From: Antedon mediterranea
Taxonomy: Eukaryota > Animalia > Echinodermata
Assembly (NCBI RefSeq): GCF_964355755.1
Contig: NC_092670.1
Coordinates: 12,634,795 to 12,698,794 of the forward strand
Direction of reading: 5' to 3'
Length of the DNA: 64,000 nucleotides
In this document: one piece after another, positions 52,309 through 64,000 of the stretch
Layout: each line of letters opens with the position of its first letter
Position numbering within the stretch: the stretch's first letter is position 1
Position numbers and translations under genes: made by a program
Notes under the pieces: model-generated
The model's input: the letters and a program-made list of their open reading frames with translations, nothing else
Databases searched by the model: none
What the model was told of the DNA's origin: nothing

Positions 52309-53697
52309 CAGGGCCGTAGCCAGGATCTGTCAAGGGGGGGTTCCCACCCCAATACCTCCCCCCCCCCTGGGGTGGGGCCTGAGGCGAAGAAAATTTTGTT
52401 AAATGACACCCCTAGATGGCCGGAAAAGACACTCTCATGCAGCATTCTACCAATGAGCAAAACGATCGTACTTGGACTCGTGGACTATTTAAACGATAAC
52501 ATTTGTTGCCGTATGTTAGATGCGCGTGTTCTGTGCGGAACCGCCGATTGTTTGATCATTTACTCGATATTTTGTTTTGCGTTCAAGTTCAATGCGAACG
52601 TACGTCTAGGAGAAGCCCCGAAAAAAGCACACTGGGTGAAAGCAAATGCAATTCTTATTATAGCTCTATCTATAATATTTATTTACAGCAATTTGTTGAG
52701 GAAATTAAATATGCCAATGTAAATAGGTGATATTGATACATTTGAGTACGTATCGGCGAAGCAAATTTTGTTAAATGACACCCCTAGATGGCCGGAAAAG
52801 ACACTCTCATGCAGCATGCTACCAATGAGCAAAACGATCGTACTTGGACTCGTGGACTATTTAAACGATAACATTTGTTGCCGTATGTTAGATGCGCGTG
52901 CTCTGTGCGGAACCGCCGATTGTTAGATCATTTACTCGATATTTTGTTTTGCGTTCAAGTTCAATGCGAACGTACGTCTAGGAAAAGCCCCGAAAAAAGC
53001 ACACTGGGTGAAGGAAAATGCAATTCTTATTATAGCTCTATCTATAATATTTATTTACAGCAATTTGTTGAGGAAATTAAATATGCCAATGTAAATAGGT
53101 GATATTGATACATTTGAGTACGTATCGGCTGGTGGTCTAGAAAAAAATAATCGGATGCCATAATGTGAACTACAGTACATGATACCATAGATATTATAGT
53201 GTAAAATATTAATATTCACTATAATCCTCTATGATACATTATACTTCATAGCCACACATAAATACTGATGTATGTCGGAAGGCTATATACTTTATGCATG
53301 CTGCCTGACTGCCAGTGATCTAAACAATTGGTACGCAGTTGTCTGGCGGTGTCCTTTGTACGAATCGTTCGTCCCCCAGCTCGCTGTGAGACGCGTCAAT
53401 ATCATGTTGAATGCAGGGACCAAACATTTATTTTTCAGGTTAAAATCGGCAATTCATTCGCTCGAAGTACGCTCATACAGGGAAGAAGGTACTGTATGAG
53501 TTATTCCGAACGAGTTTACGAATTTTTTTATTTACGAACAACTTTTTGTACTGTGGGGCACGTATTTGGACGATTTTCGGAGATGAGGGTGAGGTATTGG
53601 GCATGTCGGGGATGGGGGTTCGCAGTCGGTTAAGGGGGGTTCGCTGTAAAGGGGGGGTTCGCCCGAACAATAAAAACCCCCCCTGGCTACGGGCCTG
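52309..53697. mobile_element. 1.39-kb non-autonomous hAT-like element with an internal 372-bp tandem duplication
   Basis: TIRs CAGGGCCGTAGCCAGG / CCTGGCTACGGGCCTG (15/16), with CAGTA on both sides. 52383-52754 is duplicated at 52755-53126. Confidence 0.82.
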
Positions 53698-54214
53698 CAG
53701 TACAGTATGTCAAGTGTTATTGGTAAACAAGTTATATCTTAACTGTACAATTGATAATGTTATAATTTATTAAACGTTGTATGGTTGGTAGGCCGAATGT
53801 AATTAATTAATGAATAGTTTTCGCACGTAAACCTTAATTTTAATTGATGACGTTAATAATCTTCTACTTATTAGTAGCGTAGTTCAGCAAACGGTTACGA
53901 TAATGTACAGTACTTCTTCGTTTTGTTTTCGCTTCAAGTCGAATGCAACGCATGTGTCAGTCACGCAAACGAATTGTTTACAAAGTTCGCAGAGCTTGCT
54001 GCATGTTCAGAAAAATCTCTAAAGTTTAAATAGCATTTTCATGATTATTGGCTTTCCAATTTATTTGCAATGAGATGAATAATACAGTACTGTATGTTTT
54101 TGTAAAGTCTGTCTGGAATATGTTAACCTAAAAATGAACCTCTAAATACGTATCATGATATATTCAAAACATATTACAGGCTAATAGGTAGAAAATAATC
54201 ATCATTAATATATT

Positions 54215-54710
54215 TCTACAGGTACGCTGTACGTTTTTTTTTATTCAGAGATAATCTAAACTAACCCACATAATTAAACCTAATTTGCATAATTTATTCA
54301 AAATTAACAAATGATATGAATTGTTGTTTTTAATACCATGTACTGTATGATTGATAATTCTTTTATTAATACATTTTCTTACAGGCACTTAATACTGTAC
54401 TGTACACTGAATGAATGTTTGTTTTATTCTGGGATAATAACCCAAAAAAAAACTGACTACATAATTAACCTAATTTGCATAATTTATTCAAAATTAACAA
54501 ATGATATGAATTGTTGTTTTTAATACCATGTACTGTATGATTGATAATTCTTTATTAAGACATTTTCTTACAGGCATTTAATACTGTACTGTACACTGAA
54601 TGAATGTTTGTTTTATTCTGGGATAATAACCCAAAAAAACTGACTACATAATTAACCTAATTTGCATAATTTATTCAAAAATAAAAAATGGATATGAATG
54701 GTTGTTTTTA
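54215..54710 (+). repeat. ~190-bp tandem repeat x ~2.6
   Basis: TAATTTGCATAATTTATTCAAAA at 54281, 54471 and 54658. Confidence 0.85.
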
Positions 54711-57226
54711 CTAGATGTGTATATTGTATAATAATAACCAGCAATATTATCATATTATATTTAAGGGTTTTTTAAACCAATCGATAATCTACAGTAGTAA
54801 TAATTTTTTACAACATTATTTATAGATATGGAAATGAAGAGGAATAGTCAGCCTTCATTTCTTCTCTTAGTCTACAATACTGTAAATCTGTATTAGCTTT
54901 GTACACTGTACTGTAAGCTCCCTTTATAACAAACCACACCCTTCTTTTGTTAAAATCCCAACCATTTTGAATTCACCTTTAACTTTGTGTGACCCGCACA
55001 TCTCGGCCAAACTCTCTCTTTCTCCGAAAAAAGGACACTAGGACTTTCACTTTGTCCTATTTGTTACAAAAAAACAATCTTAAACAAAACTTAGCCAGAC
55101 TTTTTACAAAAGCCTCATGACAAAAGTCCATTCTGAATCGTTTTTCTATTTGTGTTTAAATGGTACTTGTGCAGGCAGCGTTTCCTGTTGACAATATTCC
55201 ATAATAGTTTTTGCAGTTATATAACTGGGATAGTGCCTTCCGTAGGGAATCAAGTGACACTGAGGCAACATTGGTGGAAGTAATCATTGCTGGTGGACTC
55301 GAATAAAGGGCAAAAGGAGGGCTAGGACCAAAATATTATCAAAATTGTTTGTAAAGTAAATGACTAGATTTGCTAGTATAGTACTACTATCTAAGTTAAC
55401 TGGGATAATGTTCTCCAGATGCAAAACGTAGCATTGGCAATAGTTTAAGCTCCACTAAAGATTCATAATGGTCAGATGGTTAGGTCAAAGGTGGTATCTT
55501 TTTTTTACTGCAGTTTAATTAGTAATTTCCTATACTTTCCAGTACTGGTATATAACTTGGGATGATTTAGTGTTTCCGAGACGGAAACAAAGTTGGTAAA
55601 CATTGCTAATGAAGATTGCCAAATGGTTTCAGTAGTTAGGTCAGGGGTCATAATTTCTCTACTTCTGTTCCTGTAATTTTCCATTGCGAATGCCATAATT
55701 TGAAAAGAGAAAATGAAACGTATTACGAAAAAAAAACAACCTATTACTATTACGAATTGAATTGGTTACTCTATAGATGGTCAAACAGGCTAGGTCAAAG
55801 GTCACAATTTGTTTACTTAATATTACCATTTTTTTTTTATACAATTTTTAATTTATAATTTTATTGAAGTTGCTGCAACATAACAGTGTTGTCTTCATAG
55901 TAAAATCTTTAATACATTATTGATAATATTTAACCTAGAAAATCTACTTATAAATGTAAAAATTCTACAATATATTTAAGTGGCTTGGCCTAGTTCTGAA
56001 ATCCCATCAATGTCTCAACGAAACAATTCTACTCGCATATTTCCTAGCTAAAGAACGCCATTAATTCTTATTACTTTCATGAACAGACCATTATCAGAGA
56101 ATTATTAAACAGACTACATTCATGTACAGCGTTATGGATCTTATTTTACCACAGTTAGTAATTTTAATATCAGATGTTGGCATTAATTTTAAATCAATAT
56201 TTTTAGAATTTGTGGAGGAAAAACGAAAATCATTATTTATAAATTCAGAAAATAATGTGCAGTACTCTACAGGTAATCTGTAATGTTAATTCTGAATGTT
56301 CCTTATAACACATAACAAACTGCAAGAACATGACTCACATATTACAGGATGGGAACAAACTCATTTCTTTTAAAACCGTGTCCTGTACTAGGCTTCAATG
56401 GCTCTGTGTTGGCAATGAGAAAGGATTTGAACCTGTGACTAGGATTTCTAAAAAAACACCAGCAAAACCTATCAATTGGATTGTTAAATCCAAAAAACTC
56501 TGCAGACCTCCAAAAAAATAGCAAGCCCCATCAAAACCAATTAGTAATTCAATCATGTTTAATAATAATGTCTTTCGAATAGCGCCTTTAAAATAAACAA
56601 ACATTTTCAAGCGCTACGATCAAAAGGCTCGAACTAGGTAAAAATTATGTTGTTTCAATGGGGTATCAGTGTTCTCTCGATGTAAAAATAAATTTTGGAT
56701 AATTAGGCGAGGTAACAACAAATAATAAATTGTACTGTCAATCAATAAAATTTACAAATAAAGCCCCGCGATTACTTTTGTGTAATGTTTTTATTAGCCT
56801 AGCCTACCCTACAAAGACACTATTCTTTAAGGTCATATTTTCTTACAATATTTTTAATAATGGGTGGGAGAAATTTGTCCATGTTTTTTTTCTTCAGTAT
56901 TTAGTAGAAAAACTCTGTTAATACTGTAACCACGAAGCAACAGTTCCACTAATATTCTAGGATATTAATTTTGTGTTTAACGCTACTTCAGTAAACCTCT
57001 AATTCAAACAGCATACACGACAACCTAAGGCGTTGCTTAGCATACAAAATCAAAAAGAGATCCGAGAAGTGGTTCACGAGAAATGAATATTGTAAACTCT
57101 GCTTTCGTGTTTCGAATTAATAAAGTCATTTCATCATTGTCATCTCTAGCATGATGACATTATAAAGGTTAAATAATCTTGTATCCCTATGAATGATTGA
57201 TAATGTCATAATTAATTTTAGTTTAA

Positions 57227-57399
57227 AGCACTGTCTACACTATCAAACTAGTTTGACAAAAAAGTGTGATGTACCCAAATATGGTAGTGATACTATACAG
57301 TATGCTCAAATATGGTAGTGATATGACATCATCATCATGTCCATATATGGACACATCTCAATTTTGTGTCACATAAAGTTTGACGGTGTAGACAGAGCT
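57227..57399. mobile_element. MITE of the AGCTCTGTCTACACTATCAAACT family
   Basis: Both ends present with TAA/TTA flanks. Orientation is opposite to the 41084 copy. Confidence 0.85.
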
Positions 57400-59620
57400 T
57401 TACTGTAACATCAAAAACTAGTTAAGCCGTCCACTTACACTACTGTAAGTTCTGTGTTTATTACATTTACTCAGAAATCTTACAGATTATAATTAAATGA
57501 AAATAAATGAATACCTTCTTTGATTATTATTGTGCAAACCTCTTCTATTTAATTAAATATAGCAACTGCAATAGAATAATTTTGAGACGATTCCTTACAC
57601 TTTTACAGTACCGTATTTTGTCTACGTGAAATGCGATTAATCGTGTACTGTATATATCAAACAACAGTATGAATGAATTAAGTGGTTACTTTGTTTTTAG
57701 TAGAGTATCATTAGAGAAAGTCGATGTCTATAGCCAAGGGGTAGTGCTTATTAATAAAACCACAGAGACTATTTCAATGATTTTACTATTACACTGCAAG
57801 GTGCATAAATTGTACGACTTTAAAACTTAATCTGTTATTGGGATCGATTCATATACCTGTAGTCGTTCACATTATTTGCCGAGCACAAAGCATGCTTGAT
57901 ACAGTTTACTGTACTGGCCCATGAATCTTTTTACTGTACCATAAAAAAAAAAAAGTCAATTCCCCTGAAATGAAATGGTCAGGGAATTTTGTTGATACGT
58001 GGGGCTACTGTACTACATTTAATTTAAAGTATAAAAATAGTATTTGGAAAAACTCAATTTTTCATAAAGTGGTACAGTAGAGCATCATGTACAGTTTTTG
58101 TATGTTATTGTTACAATATTATACTGTACTTTTTATGTAAAGTATGGCAAGGTAAAGTCAAATGTTATGTTAACCACGCTTATTATTTATAATAAAAGAG
58201 AATTTGTAAAGAATAATTGTTATGATGGCGTCAGAAATATCCAACAATTTTTCATGTTATGTCTACTTTTAAAGCATCTTTTTCTTAAGGCATTGTAGTA
58301 AATGTCGAATTACTTTAATTGCAAATTTTTCGTGGAATAATAAAAAACAAAACGATTTCTTTGTTTGGTAAAAAATCAGGCATAACAATGTTAAAAGCTG
58401 ATAATTCTTTTAACTACCAAGAATAATAAAACTTCAATCTGTTGATTAAAAATAATGGAAAGTTATTGCAACAATGTATTAAACAAAGGAATCCTAAAAC
58501 AATACCCAGAGGAACAAAGGAATCATAGATAAGAATAATAATCATTATCTAGAGACACCAGGAAATCGTAGAGACTGTAAAAATAAACGCATTTTTACAA
58601 CATTGAAAATTACATTATGTTGTTGAGTTGCAACTACATTTAGATAAGATTTCTATCCATAGGGAAAAGGGCAGTTTTCCACTAATGTATGAAATGTCAT
58701 CATTCCATGTCCAGTATAGAGTACGGTAAATGTAAATTATACAGTTGAAAATGTGAACTACTTTTTTAAAAAATAAATAAAAAATGCCACATTCAAATTT
58801 ATCATTAATAAAAGACATTCAAATAACATTCTTCTCATTTCCTCAATTTTGAAAATAGATTAAATAAATGAATTTGGTAAAAAGAACCTCGACTAAATTG
58901 ACCAATCTGAATGCTGGCTTCAATTTCTCAAGTTTAAATTCTAAGACCAATGGTCAATGTTATCAACCACTTCCACCCAGTAGAACTTACCATGGTCTTG
59001 GTAAAACAACCATGCTGGCTAAAAAGTACAATCTGAACAATGTGACTCGGGGTAAACCAATGGTAAAACCGAACGGAATTAGTGTGAACAATGATTAAAG
59101 TTACAGTCCCTGGTTTAATTTACAATTTTTTCAAGCCCAGTGCGAACAAGGCTTAAAATGTCTGCTTGCCATCTGGTAATTACATGTACTACAGTATATT
59201 ATCACACCACTTGCAACTTGACAATATATTTACATGGAATATTTGTCCCACTTGGTACAGTCTGAGTAAGTACTGTAGTGTATAGTAATATATGGACGAT
59301 TTATTCACCCTTGACCATTGATGGTCAGTACATGGAATATCTGTCATCAATAAAGGACCGCTACCTATCATCAAATACATTTAAGTACTGCTTATCTATA
59401 ATATAATAAAAATTATAGAATATTTTCATGAAAAAAAACCCATTTACCTGTCCTAATATTTCCGGTAATAATTATTAATACTGTACTGTGTTATCTGAAT
59501 TCTCCATTAACATTTGACATAATAATGATTGCGTCATTGGTGGAAAATCACGAGCATTAAACATCAAGAGAGATGGTCAGACGTGTGACTTGAGCTTATG
59601 GGCATGGTACAGTGGTCTAA

Positions 59621-59775
59621 AGCAATGTCGACACTATCAAACATTTTGTGACAAAAAAATGTGATGTGCCCATATGGACATGATGTCATATCACTACCAT
59701 ATTTGGGAATACCACTACGATATTTGGGCACATCAAACTTTTCTTGTCAAACTAGTTTGATACTGTAAGTGTAAG
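59621..59775. mobile_element. MITE of the AGCTCTGTCTACACTATCAAACT family, right end damaged
   Basis: AGCAATGTCGACACTATCAAAC left end and shared interior. Ends ~30 bp from the SEA exon donor. Confidence 0.75.
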
Positions 59776-59803
59776 TGTGTTCTACCCACTGCATTATACT
59801 TAC

Positions 59804-60008
59804 TTGATATTGAAACAGATTTAGGGTCAATTGTGAGGCTACCAATTTCTCCCTTATTTGCTGCATCTTTGATCACCGTCTCAAGTTTCTTAAGAGACAA
59901 TGTTGAATCTTCAACTATTTTTAATTGTGTGGTTGCAACGATAGATCCCTCATAGAATTTTAGTACTCGGCATTCATGGCCATTTTCTCTGTTCACTATT
60001 GTGTATAC
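59804..60008 (-). CDS. SDC: Syndecan SEA domain, C-terminal half (VYTIVNRENGHECRVLKFYEGSIVATTQLKIV...GEIGSLTIDPKSVSIS)
   Basis: V..F..GSIV and G.L.IDP.S motifs of SEA modules. Acceptor tttttctag|, donor A|gtaagt, phase 0 to 1. Confidence 0.87.
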
Positions 60009-60936
60009 CTAGAAAAAGTAAGAATTACTAAAATGATGCAAGTCCTATGTTACTACTGGACAGTCAGCATGAAAAATTGTTTTGATCCCTTCTGCTATCA
60101 TTATTTTATAAAATAATGTTATGAAATATTTAAATTTTGTAAATTTGTATGTTAATTTTATTTTTATAAAAGATTTTCCACAAACAACTTTTAAAACTAT
60201 AATTTTCAAAATTTTTTAGAAATTTGCAAAATTTAGTAATCACTATAAAAATTAAATACCAGAGCAGAATTAAAAAGTAATATACTCAATTTTGACATTT
60301 GAAAATATATAAAGATAATTATATAATTTTATATATACAGTACAGTTCATGTTTTTGAAACCTTTTCTTAATTCAATCAATTTCTCTCAGTTTACAATAA
60401 TACAGATAAAAATATTTGGTAGGAAGGATAGCAGAACGTATTTTTTTCACAAGAAAGATTAAACAAAGAGTTCATGTCCCCGAGTGACCTTCGCAAAAAC
60501 TAATCTCGATATTTATATTATTCAGAGTTAATACTTTAGAGGTTAGTTGGTATACTACAGTACATACTTATACAATAGTAAAACATTACAAAAATATATA
60601 TAAATAATTGTGTAAAGTTAGTCTGTCTTCATTTCACTAAAAGACATTAGCATTATTTAATTATTCATGTCACGATGGGAAGTGTTAACATGAATACTGT
60701 AGCCGGCTTGCTGGGCTTTCGTCGGAGAGAAACAGCGAAAAGAATTAGATAATATGAGTAAGGGAACTACAGTCAGATGATGAAACTATCAGGAAATGAG
60801 TCAAGATCGAATGGACAGTTTCATTAAATCGCTTACTGTACAATTAATTTTTTTTTTAGACAAATAATTGTATTATTTGTAGTCGTTGGTATTGTACCTT
60901 CCAATTACTGGTGTCTTATTATTTTGATTTATCCAA

Positions 60937-60973
60937 CCTCCCTCCCTCCCTCCCTCCCTCCCCCCCCCCCCCC
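60937..60973 (+). repeat. (CCCT)n plus poly-C tract
   Basis: Direct reading. It is G-rich on the syndecan sense strand. Confidence 0.9.
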
Positions 60974-61570
60974 TTGTACAAGGAGCATCCTTGGCCATGT
61001 TGACCACACTGAGGTTTTTAAGGAGCCAATGGAAAGATACATGTTTCCTCACCTTCCTTATCTTACCAAACTCATTTTTGGAAATTGAACAAGGTTAAAT
61101 TTGGCACTTATTTTCCCATCTATAAGCTAGCCACAATCATTTATTTTTAAATCATGGATCCGTCATTTAAATAACAGAAAATGTCCACCATCGCCAATTG
61201 TCAGTGTTGCTTAGCTAGAGAATACGGGATTTTTTTAAAATGAAACAGGAATTGGCGATTAAACAAAATTGTTCGACAAATTGAATAAATCGAACAATAA
61301 GAATTGGCATGATGCCAATTAACCACCAGAACAACAACAATTTAAGAAACATGGGTTCTGTATGGCCTTGTTTACAAAGGCTAAATATATTCTGCAATTC
61401 TTCAACTGTGAAGGTCGGAAACATTGTTTTTTACAGTGAATTACACTTTGTTCAAACATTGCTGTACAGTACAACTTGTATTGTTTCTAAAGTTACTGCG
61501 TATTGTGGATTTCCATGTTTACTGGGGACGGTATTTAAACGCACTTTACAGTTAGTATAATTATGCTTAC

Positions 61571-61698
61571 CCCATTACAAACAGTTTCAGCCGTTTCAAT
61601 AAAAAGTGGCGATGTATTATCCAATAGTTCATCAGAGAATTTTGCTTTTTTGCCTTCGATGTTAGTAACTCTCAGGTTCAACACAACAATTTCTGTTT
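61571..61698 (-). CDS. SDC: Syndecan SEA domain, N-terminal half (ETEIVVLNLRVTNIEGKKAKFSDELLDNTSPLFIETAETVCNG)
   Basis: L.LRVTN...FSDEL.D..S..F pattern of SEA modules. Acceptor ttttacag|, donor |gtaagc, phase 1 to 0. Confidence 0.87.
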
Positions 61699-62502
61699 CT
61701 GTAAAATATTTTAATGAAATGTTAAAACAGGTTTATCCAGGTAAGTTAGGCAGAAAACAGACACAATTCAACCTAGAGAATAACCGATTATGAAAAAATG
61801 AAAGAACAGAAGAAAAATTGAAAAACTTCTTAGTCTGTTTCAACCATCTTCCTCCTTACATTTTTCTGAATTTTTTTATATTAAACTGTGCAATTGTTTC
61901 AGCATAACCTTGCATACTGTAGAGTAGTCTCGTATGTAAGTACATCATCCTACTACAGGCCTGGCTTTGAATGTACTGTACAAATAGTAGCCTACTTTAT
62001 CCCTGCATACTGTAGTGTCATAGGGTTTAATATAAATTTAGTTAAAAAATGTGTTTACTACAGTACCATACCAAACAATGTTGCAATATAGCAAATATTT
62101 ACAAGCTGATTTTTAAAATGAACATGGCATGCTACTACAAATCTATATTACTAATTAGGTCACCTAATTCTGGCTCATGGTAATTGGTATAGTACTGTAC
62201 AGCACTGTACAGTACATGTAAGAACTAACTACTGTAACTACAGTACCTGTACTGTACTTTATGTCTTGATTTTAGGATAAATTAAACATCCTACAAAAAT
62301 ATTAAATACTCTATCAATCATCATCATGGAAGAACACTACTCTGTATACGGTACGGCAGTTTTTTTTTTCCATAAAGTGTCTCCTTGTATAGTCCTATTT
62401 GTGGTCTAATCAATATTAATTGGTTTGAAGGAGGTTTTCACAGATTGTTTGGGGTTTGTGCAAGGTTTGCATGCAACACCCTAGAAATGTCACATACAGT
62501 AC

Positions 62503-62695
62503 CTTCTTCTTCAGTACCTGATCCATCCACATTATTATTTGGAGGTGGGGAGCCACTACCCTCGATGCTAATTCCATCCCCACTGCCTCCTTCCATTTCT
62601 TCATCAGGATTTATATCCATCGTATTCCTTACTGGTACGTGGTCTTCATCTTTCTCCCGTGAATATGAGTTTTTGTTGTTTGATGCGTTTGCAAG
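62503..62695 (-). CDS. SDC: Syndecan N-terminal glycosaminoglycan-attachment exon (three acidic-flanked Ser-Gly sites); signal-peptide exon not found in window
   Basis: EEMEGGSGDG, IEGSGSP, VDGSGTEEE. Acceptor is a pyrimidine tract plus tgaag|. The phase-1 donor AAG|gtactg is chosen for frame, and boundaries are less certain (a gtatgt donor 5 nt on is phase 0). The six exons sum to 906 nt. Confidence 0.8.
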
Positions 62696-64000
62696 CTTCA
62701 GAAAAAGAAATAAAGATTAATTTATTGTTTTAAACTAAACCACAAACCAACAGTGATGTAAGTACACAGTAGTAGTCTATGATATGAGTACCACTTAAAT
62801 TACAGTACCTGAATATCAAAATTAGCCTTTGTTTCAGAACAGAAAAAAATAAGAATTTTTCATTGAAACATCGTTGCCTGGAAATGTGACGGTCCACAAA
62901 CTGTGGATCATTTATTTTCTCATTGCTGTGAGCATGTTTAAGTACAGTACAAGAATCAAAGGAACTAAAAGTATTCCAGGAATAGTATTACTGTACAATG
63001 AGTTGTTTTCTACACTTTGGATATAAGGGCTAATGTTGGTTTATCCGGGTAAGTTAGTCATGAAATAGACTACAGAATTTAATGTTCAGCTTTTAAAGTA
63101 AACTGGTACCAAAAAAATTTCGTTTAGTTTCGCTGAGGTACAATACTGTAGACAAAGATGTTAAAAACACACTTAAAAGAATTTAAAAATTTCACTGCAT
63201 TAATAATCTTCTAAGAGAATATGTTAAGCCAGTACCTCAGTCAACTTTGGCTTAGCCTACTGCACAGGTAGGTTGTACTATTCTGTACAATAACAAACAA
63301 TCAGGTCCTCCAATACTGTACCACACAATATAGTATTAATCTTAATCTTAGTACAGAAGTGTATTGTTTGCTCTTTCGCAATAAACTGTTCAACTTTCCC
63401 AAATTAAATACAGTTGAATATTATTACACAAACTAATGATTGAACCTTCAACCTGCAACTAATGGGCACAAATGGCTTGGAATTAAGAATCTATGCTATC
63501 ATAAGTACCATTAAACGGGAGCCAGGGATTTGCAGAGGTCGTAATATGGTTGTTACTAAACCAGGTACATCATGCACTTAAAACTATTGAATTTACAAAC
63601 GAACGCACATATAATTATCATCTCATTAACTTTGATAATATATTAAGTCTTTAGCGTCCGAAGTTCATTGCATAAAATTTTATGCGGTGCAATTAATTGA
63701 TAGATTTACACGCCTTTGCGATTGGGTACATTATCCTGATTATCTAGTCGGGCAAACTTATCCATTTTTATTATTAAATGCCACCTTCAATCAATATTCG
63801 CAACGCCTTTGAACTTTTACACATAATTCTATCAGTCAGTAAAGAAAGTTTATACGACTAAAACTGTTCATTGTACTGTATTTATTATAAAATACGACAT
63901 ACTTCAGTCGGTGGTAAAATACAGTAGCTAATGATGTTAATCAGTAGTAACGTTAAATGTGTTGTGAATATTGATGCACATTAGGATGGGCTCTTCGGCA

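Noticed and set aside
52372-53773. Cluster of ORFs, including two near-identical 75-aa ORFs
   Set aside because: They lie within a non-autonomous TIR element and its 372-bp duplication, with no transposase motifs.
55505-55696. Thr/Ser-containing minus-strand ORF as an extra syndecan mucin exon
   Set aside because: Nearby AG acceptors give phase 2 rather than the required phase 1, and no good donor was found.
62696-64000. Search for the syndecan signal-peptide exon
   Set aside because: No ATG plus hydrophobic stretch with a phase-0 donor was found, so it is presumably beyond the window.

Overview
AT-rich, intron-containing eukaryotic DNA from an invertebrate, probably an echinoderm. That taxon is inferred from a syndecan carrying an SEA module. 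The six-frame ORF track is mostly noise. Manual splicing recovers three tandem minus-strand genes. CCDC43 (5 coding exons, 27445-29794, ~209 aa) has U12-type (minor spliceosome) sequences in its last two introns, one AT-AC and one GT-AG. CREBL2 is a bZIP gene (3 exons, 32165-33465, 134 aa). A 5'-incomplete syndecan (6 exons seen, 40214-62695) has Ser-Gly GAG sites, an SEA domain with a GSIV motif, a TM helix and the KKKDEGSY...EFYA tail. I found no coding exons in 1-27 kb. The non-coding DNA is a mosaic of MITEs, larger non-autonomous TIR elements, tRNA-derived SINEs, an L2-type LINE 3' end and tandem arrays. The most unusual signal is a dense set of apparent cut-and-paste transposon excision scars. 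(i) Tiny CATG..CATG / CAAAG..CTTTG palindromes carry 7-bp target duplications. One is exactly 17+17 bp, the P-element footprint geometry, and an empty site is visible in a second SINE copy. (ii) TACWGTA and TAGGCCTA motifs appear as 5-6 bp insertions at TA when repeat copies are aligned, and they partition between the syndecan gene body and the rest of the window. All coordinates and tallies were done by eye.
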